A DNA stretch of 64,000 nucleotides from Eledone cirrhosa (lineage: Eukaryota). The notes beneath the pieces are model-generated. The model saw only the letters and a program-made list of their open reading frames with translations, was not told where the DNA came from and ran no database searches. A program made the translations under genes and the position numbers. Positions 40,701 to 54,633 of this stretch are shown piece by piece. Location of the stretch: assembly GCA_964016885.1 (NCBI GenBank), contig OZ024744.1, forward strand, positions 36,642,001 through 36,706,000, written 5' to 3'. Every line of letters begins with the position of its first letter. Position 1 is the first letter of the stretch.

Positions 40701-41777
40701 ACACGAAAGCATCACAAGATCATATTCAATTACAAAAGATGCACAAAGATACAGTAATGGACTACAAATTTCAGAAGTCCCATTTACTGCTGAAATGGAA
40801 AACACAGAAAAAGCAAAGCAGGTAAAAGTAACTGCAAAGAAAGAACTGCTACAGAAACTGGCTAAGAAATGGCAAGAAAAGCCTCTGTATGGAAAATACC
40901 CAGAGTGAGCTAACAATCCTGATGTTGGCAAAACTTTAACCCATCAGTGGTTGGCATCCTCTGGAATGAAATCGGAGACTGAAGGACTGATTATATCAGC
41001 ACAAGATCAGTGTCTGCCAACAAAAAATTACCAAGCCAACATAATAAAAAATGGATGCAGCCCATTATGCCGTGTATGCAAAAAACAACCAGAGACCATT
41101 GACCATATAATTTCAATGTGCAGTCCTATAGCTCCAACCGAATACCTAAACAGGCATGACAGAGCTGCACAATACATACATTGGATAATGTGTAAGCATT
41201 TTGACCTGCCCCATCAAAAGAATTGGTGAGAGCATCAACCACCTCCCATACTTGAAAAAGATCACATCTCAATCTTGTGGAACTTTAGCATCCAAACAGA
41301 CCGAAAAATAGATGCAAATAGACCTGATATAATATTGAAGGACTTTAAAAAGAGGGTATGCCTGATAATTGATATGTCTGTTCCAATAGACAAGAATGTA
41401 TCTATAAAAACATTTGAAAAATTGAGCAAGTATAAGGACCTGGAGATAGAAATTGGAAAAATGTGGAAATTGAGAACTAAAACAATACCAGTGGTTGTAG
41501 GCGCTCTGGGAATGATACCTAAGTCGTCTAATGATTACTTATCGCAGATTCCAGGAAACCCGCGTATAGGAGAAATACAAAAGATAGTACTAATGGGAAC
41601 TGCCCATATACTAAGGAAGATTCTGTCAATATAAGTACATCACAAGTCTAAACACTAAAGATGCATGTGTGAGTATGTACGTTCTTCCTTGAACATGGCG
41701 GACCTTGTTGTCTCTTGAGGTCACTGGTTGTGACTTGGTGATAACTCGTATGAACATAAAGCAAGATAAATGCAACT

Positions 41778-41778
<1 letters not shown>
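37745..41778 (+). mobile_element. R4/Dong-like RLE LINE, near full length, followed by (AAT)n
   Basis: 5' UTR, coding region 37985-41634, 3' UTR and (AAT)n tail; the 5' boundary is approximate. Confidence 0.95.
37985..41634 (+). pseudogene. RT plus CCHC plus restriction-like endonuclease polyprotein (one frameshift, three in-frame stops)
   Basis: ORFs 37985-38596, 38608-40461 (RT, YMDD), 40534-40908, 40951-41229 and 41275-41634; the last four are in the same frame. Confidence 0.93.
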
Positions 41779-41834
<56 letters not shown>

Positions 41835-42569
41835 TTTTCTTTATTAACCACAAGCGTTTACATAAATTAGACATTAAGGACAGTAATAATAATAATAAGA
41901 AGAGATATTTCCTATCACTTAGTTTGAACAGAATTATTTGTACGGTGTTCTTAGATTCTTGATTATGATTAAAGATTTATAATACTATGTGACCCATGCA
42001 TATGTAAAACGCTTTAGTAATTGTTGTTGAAGATAATGATAACTTTCTTCCTGAAGTGGATGATTGCGTATTATTCTTTGTGTGGAAAGTCCTAACAGCA
42101 GCTGAGGTCAACATTGGATTTCATACTCCCAGGGTTGATAAAATAAGTACAAGTCAAGGACTGGGATCGATATAAGGGACTTTGCCTTCCACTTGAATTA
42201 CTAGCCTTGTGCCTGTTAGATTCTTTGAAACTGCAGTGGCCTCACAGCAAATGACTAAAATGAAAGTGATCACTGCTAGAAATAGTTGAAAGTACAGAAA
42301 AATGTTTGGTGGAAGCACCAATTAGGAATCGAACTACGCACCTCTCAGATTCTGGGATATTAAACAAACCAGATGTTTACATTTTAGCTACTGTAAAAAA
42401 AGGCGAGTATCAGGAGCCAGGACAACTTAGCGAAACGGTAACAATTTTACCTGATTTTTTAAAACAATTATTCATAGTAATCGACTATTATAATAGTGAA
42501 CTGCGTTAGGACCATTACATTTTCAAATTGAAATTTTCCCAAATGCTTTGTAAGTGACCAGATATTTGT

Positions 42570-42805
42570 TCATAGAATCGGTAGATCGTCGAACACGATT
42601 CTTAGCGGTATAAAGTTACGGCCCTTTACGTTCTGATTTCAAATCCTATCGAAGTTAGGTTTGCTTTCATCCTTACGGGATCGATAAAATAAAGTACCAG
42701 CAACGCACTGGGGTCGATTAAATCGACCCCAGTGCGTTACTGATACTTTATTTTATCGATCCTTCTCTAAAACTTTTGGCCTTGTGCCTAAATCAGAAAC
42801 CATTA
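42570..42805 (+). mobile_element. Nin/Deu SINE with internal foldback duplication
   Basis: Head, core and tail are present; 42678-42762 is a palindrome. Confidence 0.88.
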
Positions 42806-43719
42806 TTGTTGTTGTTTTTGTAAGCATCATTAAAGTTGTTGCTCTTGTTTAGATCCCTTCAATGTCAAATTTTTCTTTCATCCTTCCGGGGATGGTGTTG
42901 ATGATGAATTAAGTGCCCCTCAGGTATTGAGTTTGCACAATAAACCTCACCCTTCCTTTTTCCCAAAACAACAAAACATTGCTGGTCTTCTGCCTAATTT
43001 ATGAACAATTATCGCTAAATTAGCTTCAAGAAATACAAGCAAAAACAAACATAACACTAATTAATACAAAACTTCATACAGATGAACATTAATTAATGCA
43101 AAAACAAGTGAGAATAACTGACGTGGGGAATACGCGAAAACATTAATTAATGAAAAAAAAATGATAAATAAAAAAAGTAGAATGAACATTTTTTTTTTAA
43201 TGGTGGTGCATTCTTAATCTGGAGCATAGTGTCTGTACAGTGGAAATCAATTTTGGAAGATCATTTCGTGAATCTTAATAGGTAATTTAGATTACCGGCT
43301 CTATATTTAATTGATCATTAAACAAAAAAAGCCAATGAGATCACTGAGGCTGCGATAGTTCTTGCCGATTGATTTATTTGAAGAAAGCAATCAACAAACA
43401 TAAAAATAAACGCTCCCCTTCGTTTTTTCCCCTACATTTTAATAATTATCATCGTCATCGCCATGAGCATCATCCTCATCACCCTTATGACGAATTAACA
43501 AAATAGACCTCTACGTAGTCACTGAACTTGCTAAAAAAAAACTGCCCAAAATGGAAGAATTTTTTGATAATATAATCCTGTATATGAAGTGTTTGAAAGA
43601 TATGATTGGATGGTCATAGCTGGAATGCTATTGTTTCATTTATTTGTTCAGCTTGGGGTTGCATTTGGTTAAACAACAAAATCATGATTACCATCGTAAA
43701 TATAAATATTGAGTTCTAA

Positions 43720-43882
43720 TTTAAGCACAAAACCACCAGTAATGACTGGTACTTTATTTTATCGATTAGGAAAGATGAAAAACAAAGTTGACCTCGGTGG
43801 GATTTGAACTCAGAATGTAAATAGCCAGAACATATATCGCATTGGCATTTTATCTGACGCTCTACCAATTCTGCCAGTCCAC
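43720..43882 (-). mobile_element. Nin/Deu SINE
   Basis: CTGGTACTTTATTTTATCGA...GGATTTGAACTCAG...TCTGCCAGTCCAC. Confidence 0.8.
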
Positions 43883-44974
43883 TACCCTACCGCAACTATA
43901 CATATTATCACTATTATCTTCCTTCAACAGCTACTCCTTCTTTATCTTCTTGAGCACTACATCTTCCGTTTTCTTACTCGGTCTTAATGGTTGCTGTAGA
44001 GTATGTTCTGCTTATGCCAGATGGTGTTATCAAGCCCGGCGACGGTTTTACGTTTATAAGATCTATTTCAGTTTCTCAGCTTCGTTATGTATGGTTGTCT
44101 GGAGGGCTCAGGGATTACTTCATAAGGGACACGGTATTACGTTTTTTTTGTTCTTTTTTAAATTTCAACTTATTGCACTTTTATTTCCGCTGCCCATGTT
44201 TTTTTCTTTCTTTTTTTTCAAGCGGTAACAGCACAGCTTCCACATGAATTGATTCTAATTTGAATTTCCTCTTTTTGAATTGACTACTTGTTTAATGACT
44301 TTACAGTTTCTATTTTGATATGCACATTTTAAGGAAAGACAGGAAAGATACCGAGTGTCAGACCGGACTAAGAAAACAATATTTTACTGGATTTTCTGTT
44401 GCTAATGATATCTGCCGGTCGCAACACCTGGCAAAACGTAATTATTTCAACTCATAACGGACAGGGCCAGATTATATTTCAACTCCTTAACAAGTTGGCT
44501 AATTCATTTCTTCTGGACTGGCACTTTAACGACCCTGAAAGAATGGGGAGAAATTTGACTGCGGCGGTACTTGAAATCAAAGCGCACTAACGTTTACATC
44601 GCTTTAACTACTGTGCTATTCTGCTGCCTTCAAGGTCGACTGGAAATTTAGGAAAAATATAAAAATGTAGATAGATTTCATTATTTTAAAATGCAAACGC
44701 CTGACAGAGGGTATTTAGTTGGTTTCCTTACTCTCAATATTGCATTACTATTCGAGTCTTATGGAACCTCTATTCAATATCAAAAGTCTATTAATTAAAT
44801 TAGGTTATTTCGCTAATCATGGAAGTCTTCGTAGTTCCATTAAAACTCTGGAAATTGTACTTCGAATATCAACTCTTGGAAACAATACAATGTTTTCATT
44901 TATTCACAAACGTTACCACCACCACCAACAACAACAACAACAACAGCAACAATAACAACTATAATAATAATAAT

Positions 44975-45161
44975 TGTTTCTACTTTTGGAACAAGGCCAG
45001 CAAGTATCTCGGTGCATTACTGGTATTTCATTTTATCGACCCTATAAGGATGAAAGACAAAGTTAACCTCCGCGGGATTTGAACTCAGACCTTAAAGGGG
45101 CGTAACTCTATGCTAGAAAGCATGGCGTCCGACCCTCTACCGATACTGCCAATTCACCGCC
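44975..45161 (-). mobile_element. Nin/Deu SINE with (AAC/AAT)n tail
   Basis: Full head-to-tail match on the minus strand. Confidence 0.88.
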
Positions 45162-45299
45162 GGAATAAGGTTTCTCTAACAAACGGTTGCTAGGTGCAGC
45201 GTGTTAATTGATCTCAGATCAGTCCCTGATCTCAGAGGCTCAATATATTGTGTAGGATTATGGCAGTGCTAGAATAAAAAACACAGTCAATCCTTTTAG

Positions 45300-47340
45300 G
45301 ATAAGGGAAGACAGAAATCCAGATAAAAAGACCGAACCGAGACGAAAACAAACTTGTAAATGTAAGAAGAGATATTCTTAGAAACATAAGACTAACAGAT
45401 GCAGAGTTAAATGAAATTAAGAAAATAGTCGAAGATTTGAGAATACCAGTACCAAGAGGGGATAGAAATGAATATGAGACAGAAGGGACACCACAAAACA
45501 TATTGTCACTAGGAGATATTTCACAGAACATTGAACTGGAAATCAGGCTGTTAAAGCAATAATTGAAGAGATGGAACCTGATTTAACAGAACTGAATGAG
45601 GTTATTTATGCAGCAGCAACGTTAATAGAGAGGAAATGTGTGTTTAAAAAAAGCAACAGTGACACAATACTCACAAAAAATCACCCTGGAAGGTCAAATT
45701 TGAGAAAGAAATTGAAATAATAAGGGCGAAATATCGATCCTGGATGAAATATGGACTGGGATATCTGTGAATGGAAAACGAAGGAAGGAAAGTGACTAAG
45801 AAATACAAACTCATTTCAAAACCTGATATTCCACTAATCAAAGAAATCCCCTGAAAGCTCAAAGAATCAGAAGATTTGAAAAGCGAAATAAGTTTTACAA
45901 GCAAAATAAATTGTTCATGTCAGATTCAAAAAGATTTTATAGAGAAATTGGGACACGGACAATTCAAATAAAGGAACCTCCTTCAATTCATGAAATTGAA
46001 GAATACTGGAAAACAGTATAGAGTACAAAAACATCTCATAATGCAAATACAGGATGGAAGAGACACAATAACTTAGAAAGACAAATTTGGCAAGACATAA
46101 CTATGACAGAACTGGTGTTGGCACTAAAGAAAGCAAACAAATGAAAATCCCTTGGCATTCTTAAAGCGCCACATTTCTGATTAACTCCTCTAACTTCTAC
46201 CCATTATAAGCTGGTAAAATGTTATAGCGAAAACGTGCAATATCCCGAGAAAACTCCGGATTGGTTTGCACAATGTATTACTTGTCTCTTGCCAAAATCG
46301 ACAGAAACAAATATTGCAAAAAGTTATCGTGATATCACTTGCCTTCATTATATCATACAAAATTCTCATCTCAATTTTCACTGAGACAACCTACAAATTT
46401 ATGGATGAAAATCACCTTTTCCATATTGAGAAGAAAGGTTGTCTTCGTGGGTATTACGGGTGCATAGACCAAATTCTCGTTAACCGTATGATCCTGGAAA
46501 ATTGTCGTAACAAGCAGAGAAGTCTGAGTAGTGCTTGGATTGACGTTAATGAAATAAGAAACTGGACACCAAACACAAGAAACTTATGACCCAAAAGCAG
46601 ATGACGATCACCCCTATCTCCCCAGACAAAACGAGGGTAGATGAATGATCCAGATCGAGCTAGCATACATGATATCAACCATTGGACTCAATCAGAACCT
46701 TAAAACTACAGACAACTAGATGATGAAAATGGTTGCACATCACGAAATGAAGAGGTTACATTCAGTCACAAAAGAAAGTAGTAAGTTTGCGAAAGAATTG
46801 TGAATACATTTTGAAAAAAATGACGATTCTACAATTAAAGCAGCAAATAACATCAAAGTATTGGCAAAACATGGAGGTCAACAGAGACTGTGCACTAAAA
46901 GGGAGCAAAAACAACTGCATAGGCAGTATGTTCTCCATAGCAAAGAACCTGATGTAAATCAAACTCTCACCCATCAAGGATTGTAGAGTTTGGGGCCAAA
47001 GGCAGAGAGTGAGGGCTTCATTTTGACAGGACAAGACTTTCAATGTGCAACTTTCAAGGCAATGTTTTCAGAAATGGAATTGACTCAAAATGTTGATTCT
47101 GTGATGAGCATGTTGAGATCATAGACCACCTGGTTTCAGGCTGCAAGATATTACCTCCCAAGAATATAAAACGAGACACGATAGAATGGGACAATTCTTA
47201 TACTGCGTAATGTGCAGGTTTTATGGTCAGAAAACAGAGGGAATATGGTACAACCATCACCCAGATGCAGTAACAGGTGGAGAGAACATAACAATCCTCT
47301 GGGATTTCCCTGTGAATACTGACAGAACAATCAAGGCCAA
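45300..47340 (+). mobile_element. Highly degenerate R4-like RLE LINE (different subfamily)
   Basis: EKKGCLRGYYGCIDQILVNRMILENC...LSSAWID; WYNHHP....GENITILWDFPVNTDRTIKAN. Confidence 0.85.
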
Positions 47341-48942
47341 TCAAGCGATCCATCCGACAGGGATGCCCTCTCTCATGCTCATTCTCTACGTATTGACTCT
47401 AGAGCCACTACTGTGGAAGTTGGAGCTTTTGCAGGGCATCCCGTTGGAACCGGGACTGCGGAAACGGCGTCAGCTTATGCCGATGACGTGACAGTAATGG
47501 TGTCGAAAACCTCGGAAATCGGGACGATCGGCAATTTACTGCAGGAATACGAAAGGATCACAGAAGCAAAACTCAACCCGGACTAAACTGTCGGTTTGCA
47601 ACTCGGAACGTGGAGAGGCAAACCGGTATTTATGCTCACCCAGAAAGGTCGAGTGGAGGTGGCGAACACTTTCATAGCGCCCGTCATCTACTACCGCTTG
47701 ACCGTCATGCCTTGTCCCCGTGAATACCTCACCAAGAAGGAACGCATGCTCTTCCAATTCCTTTGGAAGAAGCAGGCTCCACTGGTGAGGAGATCGGTCT
47801 GCTGCCAGCACCCTTCCAACGGAGGGCTGGGAATTCCGTGACTGATGATGCGCAAACACGCTCTGAGGCTAAGGCATCTCCAGGTCTTCCTCACCGACCA
47901 ACCAGTGTGGGCCCTGTTTGTGAGACAACCCTTCCCGCAACTTGTCTCGCTGACGGAGCTGCAGTCCTGGGTCAAGCGGAGACCGAAGAAAATGGGCGCC
48001 TGGCACATTGAATACGCTCAGGCGCTCACAGTCCTGTCAAGCGGGCACAGCAATCAGTCTTGACTCCACTTAGACATTCTATGGAGGGATAATATGTTAC
48101 AAGTGCGACGACGTGCTTGGAGAGACTCTGGGCGTCGAAGACGACGAGCTCACCAGTCTGTTCGGTAGGACTTTCCGCCTGGGACCTATGGACGACTTGC
48201 AAAGGTCCCTGGCCTGGCAGTGCTATATAGTAGCTCTACCAGTACGAGACAAGATCTACAGGGATCCTTCCAAGAGGACGTGTCCAAGATGCGAGCAGGA
48301 CATTGAAACCGTCCTGCACGCAGTTGTACACTGCTTGGGCATAACCGGGCAGTGTACAACGCAGAACAACTGCTGTCGCGTATGGGACAAATCCAGTTGA
48401 CTGCCGAGTTCATAATAAGGATCAAACTGCCAACTTCTTTCAAAAACGAAAGAGAGGCGGTTTTTCCTCTGTATAGTGGCTATGGTAAAAGAGGTTATAT
48501 GGTGGGCAAGATTGAAAAGACCGAGGACAGATGCCTTTCACTCCGGACAACAACTCATTCACTCCTTTAGGTACCACTCTAGATGGAGAATCAGAGTGGA
48601 GAGAGAGGTACTGCACCCCAGTAAATTTACTGAAAGGTGGGTGAATGTAGCAAATATGGTGATTGGACGTTCTCTGTATATAAAACTTGAAGTATATAAC
48701 GGTTGAAGAAGAGAGCAAAAGGAAGAAAGGAGCACTTGCACAACATGCTCCTGTAGTTGAGGGTTGTTCTATCTACGGGGTATTAAACAACAACCCATTT
48801 GTAACGCCTCCCCACTATTGGGGATTTCGATCGTTGAATTTGTTTGTTAAAATTTATTTTTTACACGATTGTATGTAAAATATGCGGTATATGTCCTTGT
48901 ATTGTCCCCTGTTCTTGTGCGCCCTTGTGGCAAATAAAGAAA
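47341..48942 (+). mobile_element. Tx1/L1-like LINE, 3' part, degenerate
   Basis: YVLTLEPLL, LAWQCY..ALPVR, CPRCE...ETVLHA..HC; ends AATAAAGAAA. Confidence 0.92.
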
Positions 48943-48944
48943 TA

Positions 48945-48954
48945 TATCTATCTG

Positions 48955-49019
<65 letters not shown>

Positions 49020-49020
49020 A
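48945..49020. repeat. (CTAT)n / GATA microsatellite between LINEs
   Basis: Read directly; also present at 54851-54888 and 60813-60824. Confidence 0.95.
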
Positions 49021-49434
49021 CTAATCTAGCTGTCGTCTGTTCTACAGTGTGGATGTAATTCACTTCGCGCAGAAGTTTTGTTCAAATTTATTGCGGAAAT
49101 TTTGTGAGTTCAAATTTAATTTTGATACGATTGTGTAGCTTGACCCCCCCCGTCTGAACTGTCAGGTGGTGGGTCAGCTCATCTTTACCGCTCCTAGAGG
49201 TGAAAAACCTGTTTTAAAAGGTTTTGTGGCAAAAAAATTTCAATCGTCTAACAGAAATGTTAAACGCAGCGAACGAAAATAGTGGTGGGGGGACAGCGGT
49301 AAGAGTTGTAAGCTCGCACGCTTTAGTCCCCCCCCCCTTCCTTCCCAACTAACGTCATAGAGAAGGAAGGAAAAATTAAAATAAAAACAGACAAATCTGC
49401 GGAGAAAAAAAATGACGAAAACACAAATCTGGAC

Positions 49435-51158
49435 ATGGATTCCAACAACGAAAAAAAAAAATTTGAAAAATTGCATGACAATACTAATAACACAAACAAA
49501 GACACAACAAACACAAAAATAACATTTGAAAATAACACCATAACAGAAAGCAATGCAGACGACAAGATTTCATTTGCACAGACAACAAAGAAATCTTTGA
49601 CTTATATACCCGAAAATATTTCAGATGTGGCACGAAGAATCACAGACGCCAAACAATACATAAGTGAAGGAGAGAATGGTATTTTATCGGTAAAAATGCC
49701 TCAAGAATTCACCAAAGACATTGAAAGCCGAACGGTCAAGTTCCACACCATCAACAACATTTCTAAAAAACCTGAACAACCTTCTCAAGCAGATATCAAA
49801 ACAGTACTCACAGAAGTACTTAATGAAACCACTTTCATAAGAAAAGACAGACTGTATGGAAGCCTAGCAATTATCATGAAGAACGAATCGGCGCCAAAAA
49901 AATGTGCTTTGTCACCGATTTGTTCGAAAAATTTTACCTTTTATCCATCTTATATGGGTAAAAGAACTCAACGCATATGGCTGGATGCAATGATGCCAGA
50001 TGTGGACTACTGCTGGCTCATAGCTGGCTTCATCGATCCAGTGAATGACAACGTGATTTCATTGGGAAAACCACAGGCAATGCGTTCAGTGGAACAGGTA
50101 TAGAGCTGGTAGTGCAAATGAAGCCTGAACGCATCGCCCAAATACCCGACAGAATCCTATTAGAGGGCCACGGGTATATAAACATTAGCGTGGAGGGGAG
50201 AAGGCCATCCTGCCATATCTGTGCAGGCAGAGGGCACCTGAAGGCCGCTTGTCACCAACTCAACAAAAAGAAAACCCTGCTACCAACACCAGCTCCACAA
50301 CCACCACCACAACAGATAAACAAACAACAAAACTCAGTCCCACCCAACCCGTCCCTCAGTAAAACCACACCACCACCACAACACAAACAGTCACAACACA
50401 TTACCCCAAAACAAAATACAGGCCCACCCAACTCCTCACTCAATAAAACAACACAACCACCGCAGACACAACACACAACACAGTCTAACATAGTGACATC
50501 CATCTCCCCCACAAAGAAAACCAACACGGAAACATTACCAGCAAACATACCTCTTCCCTCCAACACTGAAGATAACCCAACGAATTCGGAGGAAAAAACG
50601 GAGTCCTTCAGACAGATTAAAAGGAAAAAAAGAAAACATGTGCAAAACACACAAGGCCAAACAACCCCCACCCAAATCTCAACACAATCCAACAAAACAG
50701 AAAACACCCCTCCAGCAACAAACAAAACCAAACCTGCCCCTCCCCTCTTCGAAACACACACACCATCCGAAAAAAATACATTACACTATACTTACATCAA
50801 CAGAAACAATAATAAATTAAATGAACTCATAAACAATAATCCTTCGGTACAAACCGAAGGTGTAAACTTTGTTTCTTCAGAAAACTACCCACATTTAAAA
50901 TTAATAAAGATCCCAATGAACCTCTACCAAAAACTAAAAAAGGAGTTTAAGGAGGACGTAGGACCACCCTCTGTCAAACCCATAAACCGCGTCCTACTAA
51001 AAAGCTTTCCCCCTCCCCTTCCCCTCCCCAACACAACTCCAAACACCCCAACCCCACCACACACTGACGAACCCACACCACCACAAGACACCCCTTCACC
51101 CAACACCCCCGACCCCTTGGAAGTCGTGCAACCCGAACCCCGGGAAGCGGAAAGGTAG
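49435..51158 (+). pseudogene. LINE ORF1 (gag-like CCHC knuckle), frameshift near 50100
   Basis: CHICAGRGHLKAAC (CX2CX4HX4C) followed by a Pro/Thr/Gln-rich region. Confidence 0.85.
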
Positions 51159-51191
51159 GTCTCTACACTCTCCTTTGGCTCTGCCGCCCAC

Positions 51192-54100
51192 ATGGATGTG
51201 TTAAGAGTAGGATGTTTGAATGCACGTGGCCTTGGCTCAATTTGGAAGCAAGCAAAGCTTCTAAATGACCTCAGGTCATGTAGTATAAATGTAATGGTTA
51301 TCTGTGAGACTCGAATCAGCGTCGTGCGGCAGCTGGCCCCCACCTTCGATGACTTTGAGGTGCATGCATCTCTCTGTCAACCTGGAGGTGGGGGTGGGGT
51401 TGTCGTACTGCTGCAAAAACATGTGGGTCTTGCCGTACAGGTTGTGCACTCGGACCCGGGGGGTCGTTTGTTGGTGCTAGACGTTGGCAGTAGTGAAAGT
51501 GCGGCCTTGAGACTGGTCGCCGTCTACTCCCCTTTCGGAGCTGAACGGCCCGACTTCTTCCAACGTTTGGAGACTTTTCTGGGAACGTCGCGTTCCCTGT
51601 TTCTAGCGGGGGACTGGAATTACATCCTAGATGCACGTTGGGACTATGCAGGAGCATGTCCTAATAGAGGGGGGGGGGTGTAACAGCCTCAAGGGGTTAC
51701 TCGACCGTTTTAACTTGGTCGATAGATATCGACTAGATTTTCCAACTGTGCCTACCTGGACTTGGAGAAACCACAGTGGTCAATCTAGATCGTACTTAGA
51801 TAGATTCTTAGTTAGAAGTAAGGATAGGGACATATTAAGCTGTCCAGAAATGCGCACGGTTGGCTACACGGATCACAAATTAGTGACCTGCGTAGTCAAT
51901 CTCGAGAAAACACATAAACAGGGTCCCGGTTACTGGAAACTTAATTTGTCTTTACCGGCAAAAGAGACTTACAGAAACCGGATTAGCAGATTAGTTAAGG
52001 AGAGGTTGACGGGTGCAATCGTCAACAACCGATGGTGGGCATCTCTCAAAAGAGAGATTAGAACAGAATCAATAAGTTATAGCAAGATGTTAGCTGCCGA
52101 TAGGAATAGAAACGAGAAAGAATTAACAGGTAAATTAGAAGAGGCAATCAAGAGCGAAGATGTGGCCAGAGTGCTGGCATCGAGGACGGCCTTGAACCAG
52201 TTTTTCGATGCAAAGCACGAAGGCTGCGTCATTCGAAGTAAAATACGTGCTCTAGGTAATGAGGGGCCCAAAGCCGTTGGCTGGGCCCGCGTGACAGAAG
52301 CTAAGAGTGGAAATCGATCCACCATCGGGTCGTTGCAAGACGAAGATGGACGGGTGATCCGGGAGCCTAAGCAGATGTGCGAGGCCTTTCAAAGGCACTT
52401 TGCCCGATTGTTCGGGCGAGGCGAGGGTCCGGGCGGGGGCGTGGATTTCGGTCCATACCTCGACGGCCTTCCGCGTCTCTCGAGCGAAGAGGCAGAGTCC
52501 TGCGAGAGACCAATCTCGGCTGATGAGATCGGAGATGCGCTGAGCCAATGCAGCAGACGCAAATCTCCAGGTCTCGATGGCATACCTTACGAACTTTATT
52601 TAGCAATGCCGGTCTTCTTCTCCGAACTCCTCGAAGCGGTCTACTGCAATTGGAAGAGGAACGGGAGAATTCCTTGTTCTGTAGCCAAGGGTGTAGTCAC
52701 GCTGGTGAGGAAGGACGAGAACAAGGGAGATAGTATAAATAATTTTCGGCCCATAACCCTGCTAAACACAGAGTTAAAGATTTTGGCCAAGGTGTTAGCA
52801 AAGAGGTTGGCGCTTGTCGTGGGTGGCCTGGTGGGAGATGCGCAGACATGTGCTATCCCATCCAGGTCCATTCACGATAACCTCCACCTCATGCGATACA
52901 TCATAGAGAGGGTTGGCAACAAACCCGGCTTCGGTGGGGCCCTGATCAACTTGGATCAGTCTAAGGCCTTCGATAGGGTCGACCATGGTTACCTGGATGC
53001 GGTGCTAGCGGCGGCTGAGTTCGGTCCTGTTTTCAGAGGCTGGATCACTGCCTTACATAGCAACCACATCTGTTCTAGGATCAAGGTGAACGGCTACCTT
53101 TCGAAGCCGTTCGAAATCACACGATCCATTCGACAGGGGTGCCCTCTCTCCTCCCTTCTGTACGTATTGACTCTCGAGCCTTTACTGAGGAAGTTGGAGT
53201 TGTTGCAGGGTATCCCCCTGGAACCAGGATTGAGCAAGGCGGTGTCGGCCTACGCCGATGACGTAACAGTAATGGTATCGACCGACTCGGAGATCGAGGC
53301 GATCGGTACCTTACTGGAGGATTACGAAAGGTTGTCAGGAGCGAAACTGAACCGGGAAAAATCCATCGGGCTGCAACTCGGAACGTGGAGAGGCAGACCG
53401 ATGCCTCCTGACAGTGTCGTCGGACACTGGACGGAGGGCCCGGTAAAGTTGCTTGGGGTCTGGTTTGGACCGGACCTCCAGGTGGAAAAGAACTGGAACG
53501 AGGTTACGAACAAGGTATTTGCACTAACCCAGAAATGGGCCAAGTGTAAGCTGTCCCTAAAAGGCCGGGCGGAGGTGGCGAACATTTACATAGCGTCCGT
53601 CACTTACTACCGCCTGACTGTCGTACCTTGCCCTAAGGAAACACTCACCACCATGGAACGCATGCTCTTCCAATTTCTTTGGAAGAAGTGCCCTCCTATG
53701 GTGAGAAGATCCATCTGCTGCCAACAACCTTCGAAAGGAGGGCTGGGGATGCCGTGGTTGATGATGCGTAGGCACGCATTAAGGTTACGGCACCTACAGG
53801 TATTCCTCACTGGTCAACCGGTGTGGGCTCCGTTCGTGAAACGAGCCTTTCCGAGACTCGTCTCGCTCACCGAGCTACAGTCCTGGGTCAAGCAAAGATC
53901 CGGAAAACTGGGATACTGGCACACTGAGTGTGCTCAGGCGCTCAGGGCTCTCTGGCAAGCGGGCCAGGCCATCGGTGGAGAATCCACCTCATCATTCTAT
54001 AGAGGGCTGGTGGCTAGCAGGGGCGATGACACCCTTGGAGAGTCGCTGGACATGGAAGAAGACGAACTGGCCAGCCTGTTCGGTAGGACTTTCGGCCCAG

Positions 54101-54633
54101 AACCAATGGACAACTTCCAGAAGTCACTGGCCTGGCAGTGCTACCGGGGGGCTCTACCCGTTCGAGAGAGGCTCTACAGACACGGGCGCCCGGGCAGGGA
54201 TCCCTCAAAAAAGATTTGCCCTAGATGCGTGCGTCACGAAGAAACCGCTGCGCACGCATTGGTGCAATGACCGGGCGTGGCTGATCTGTGGGGCTACGCC
54301 GAACAACTGCTGTCGCGGGTGGCGCCGATTCGATTGACCGCCGAGTCCGTGATGACAATCAAACCGCCTCCCCTCTTCACAAAGGAAGCAAAGGCGGTTT
54401 TTCTGTGCGTAATAGCCATGTTGAAAGAGGTTGTTTGGTGGACACAATTGAAAGGTCTGAGGTCAGGCAACTTCCTCTCTGGCCATAGTCTGGTCTACTT
54501 CTTCCGATATCACTTCGGAAGAAGGATAAGAATGAAGAGAGAGGTGCTTGGCCACAGGCAGTTTTATGAAAGGTGTGTGATAGTGGCGAGAATGGCTCGT
54601 GTAAATGGGCCTTCTCTGTATACCATCCTGTAG
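51192..54633 (+). pseudogene. LINE ORF2 (APE endonuclease, RT, C-terminal zinc finger); one frameshift, one stop
   Basis: CLNARGL, AGDWN, SYLDRF, TDHK, SPGLDG, FRPITLLN, LDQSKAFDRV, QGCPLS, YADD, CPRC...ET..H...; G10 run at 51669-51678; TGA at 54268-54270. Confidence 0.93.

Noticed and set aside
40459-40908. A-to-I recoding of the shared TAG/TGA stops to restore the R4-like ORF
   Set aside because: The expected residues are probably Tyr (VTYS) and Arg (CGA to TGA, CpG decay). Editing TAG would give Trp, and other lesions remain, so ordinary mutation is simpler.
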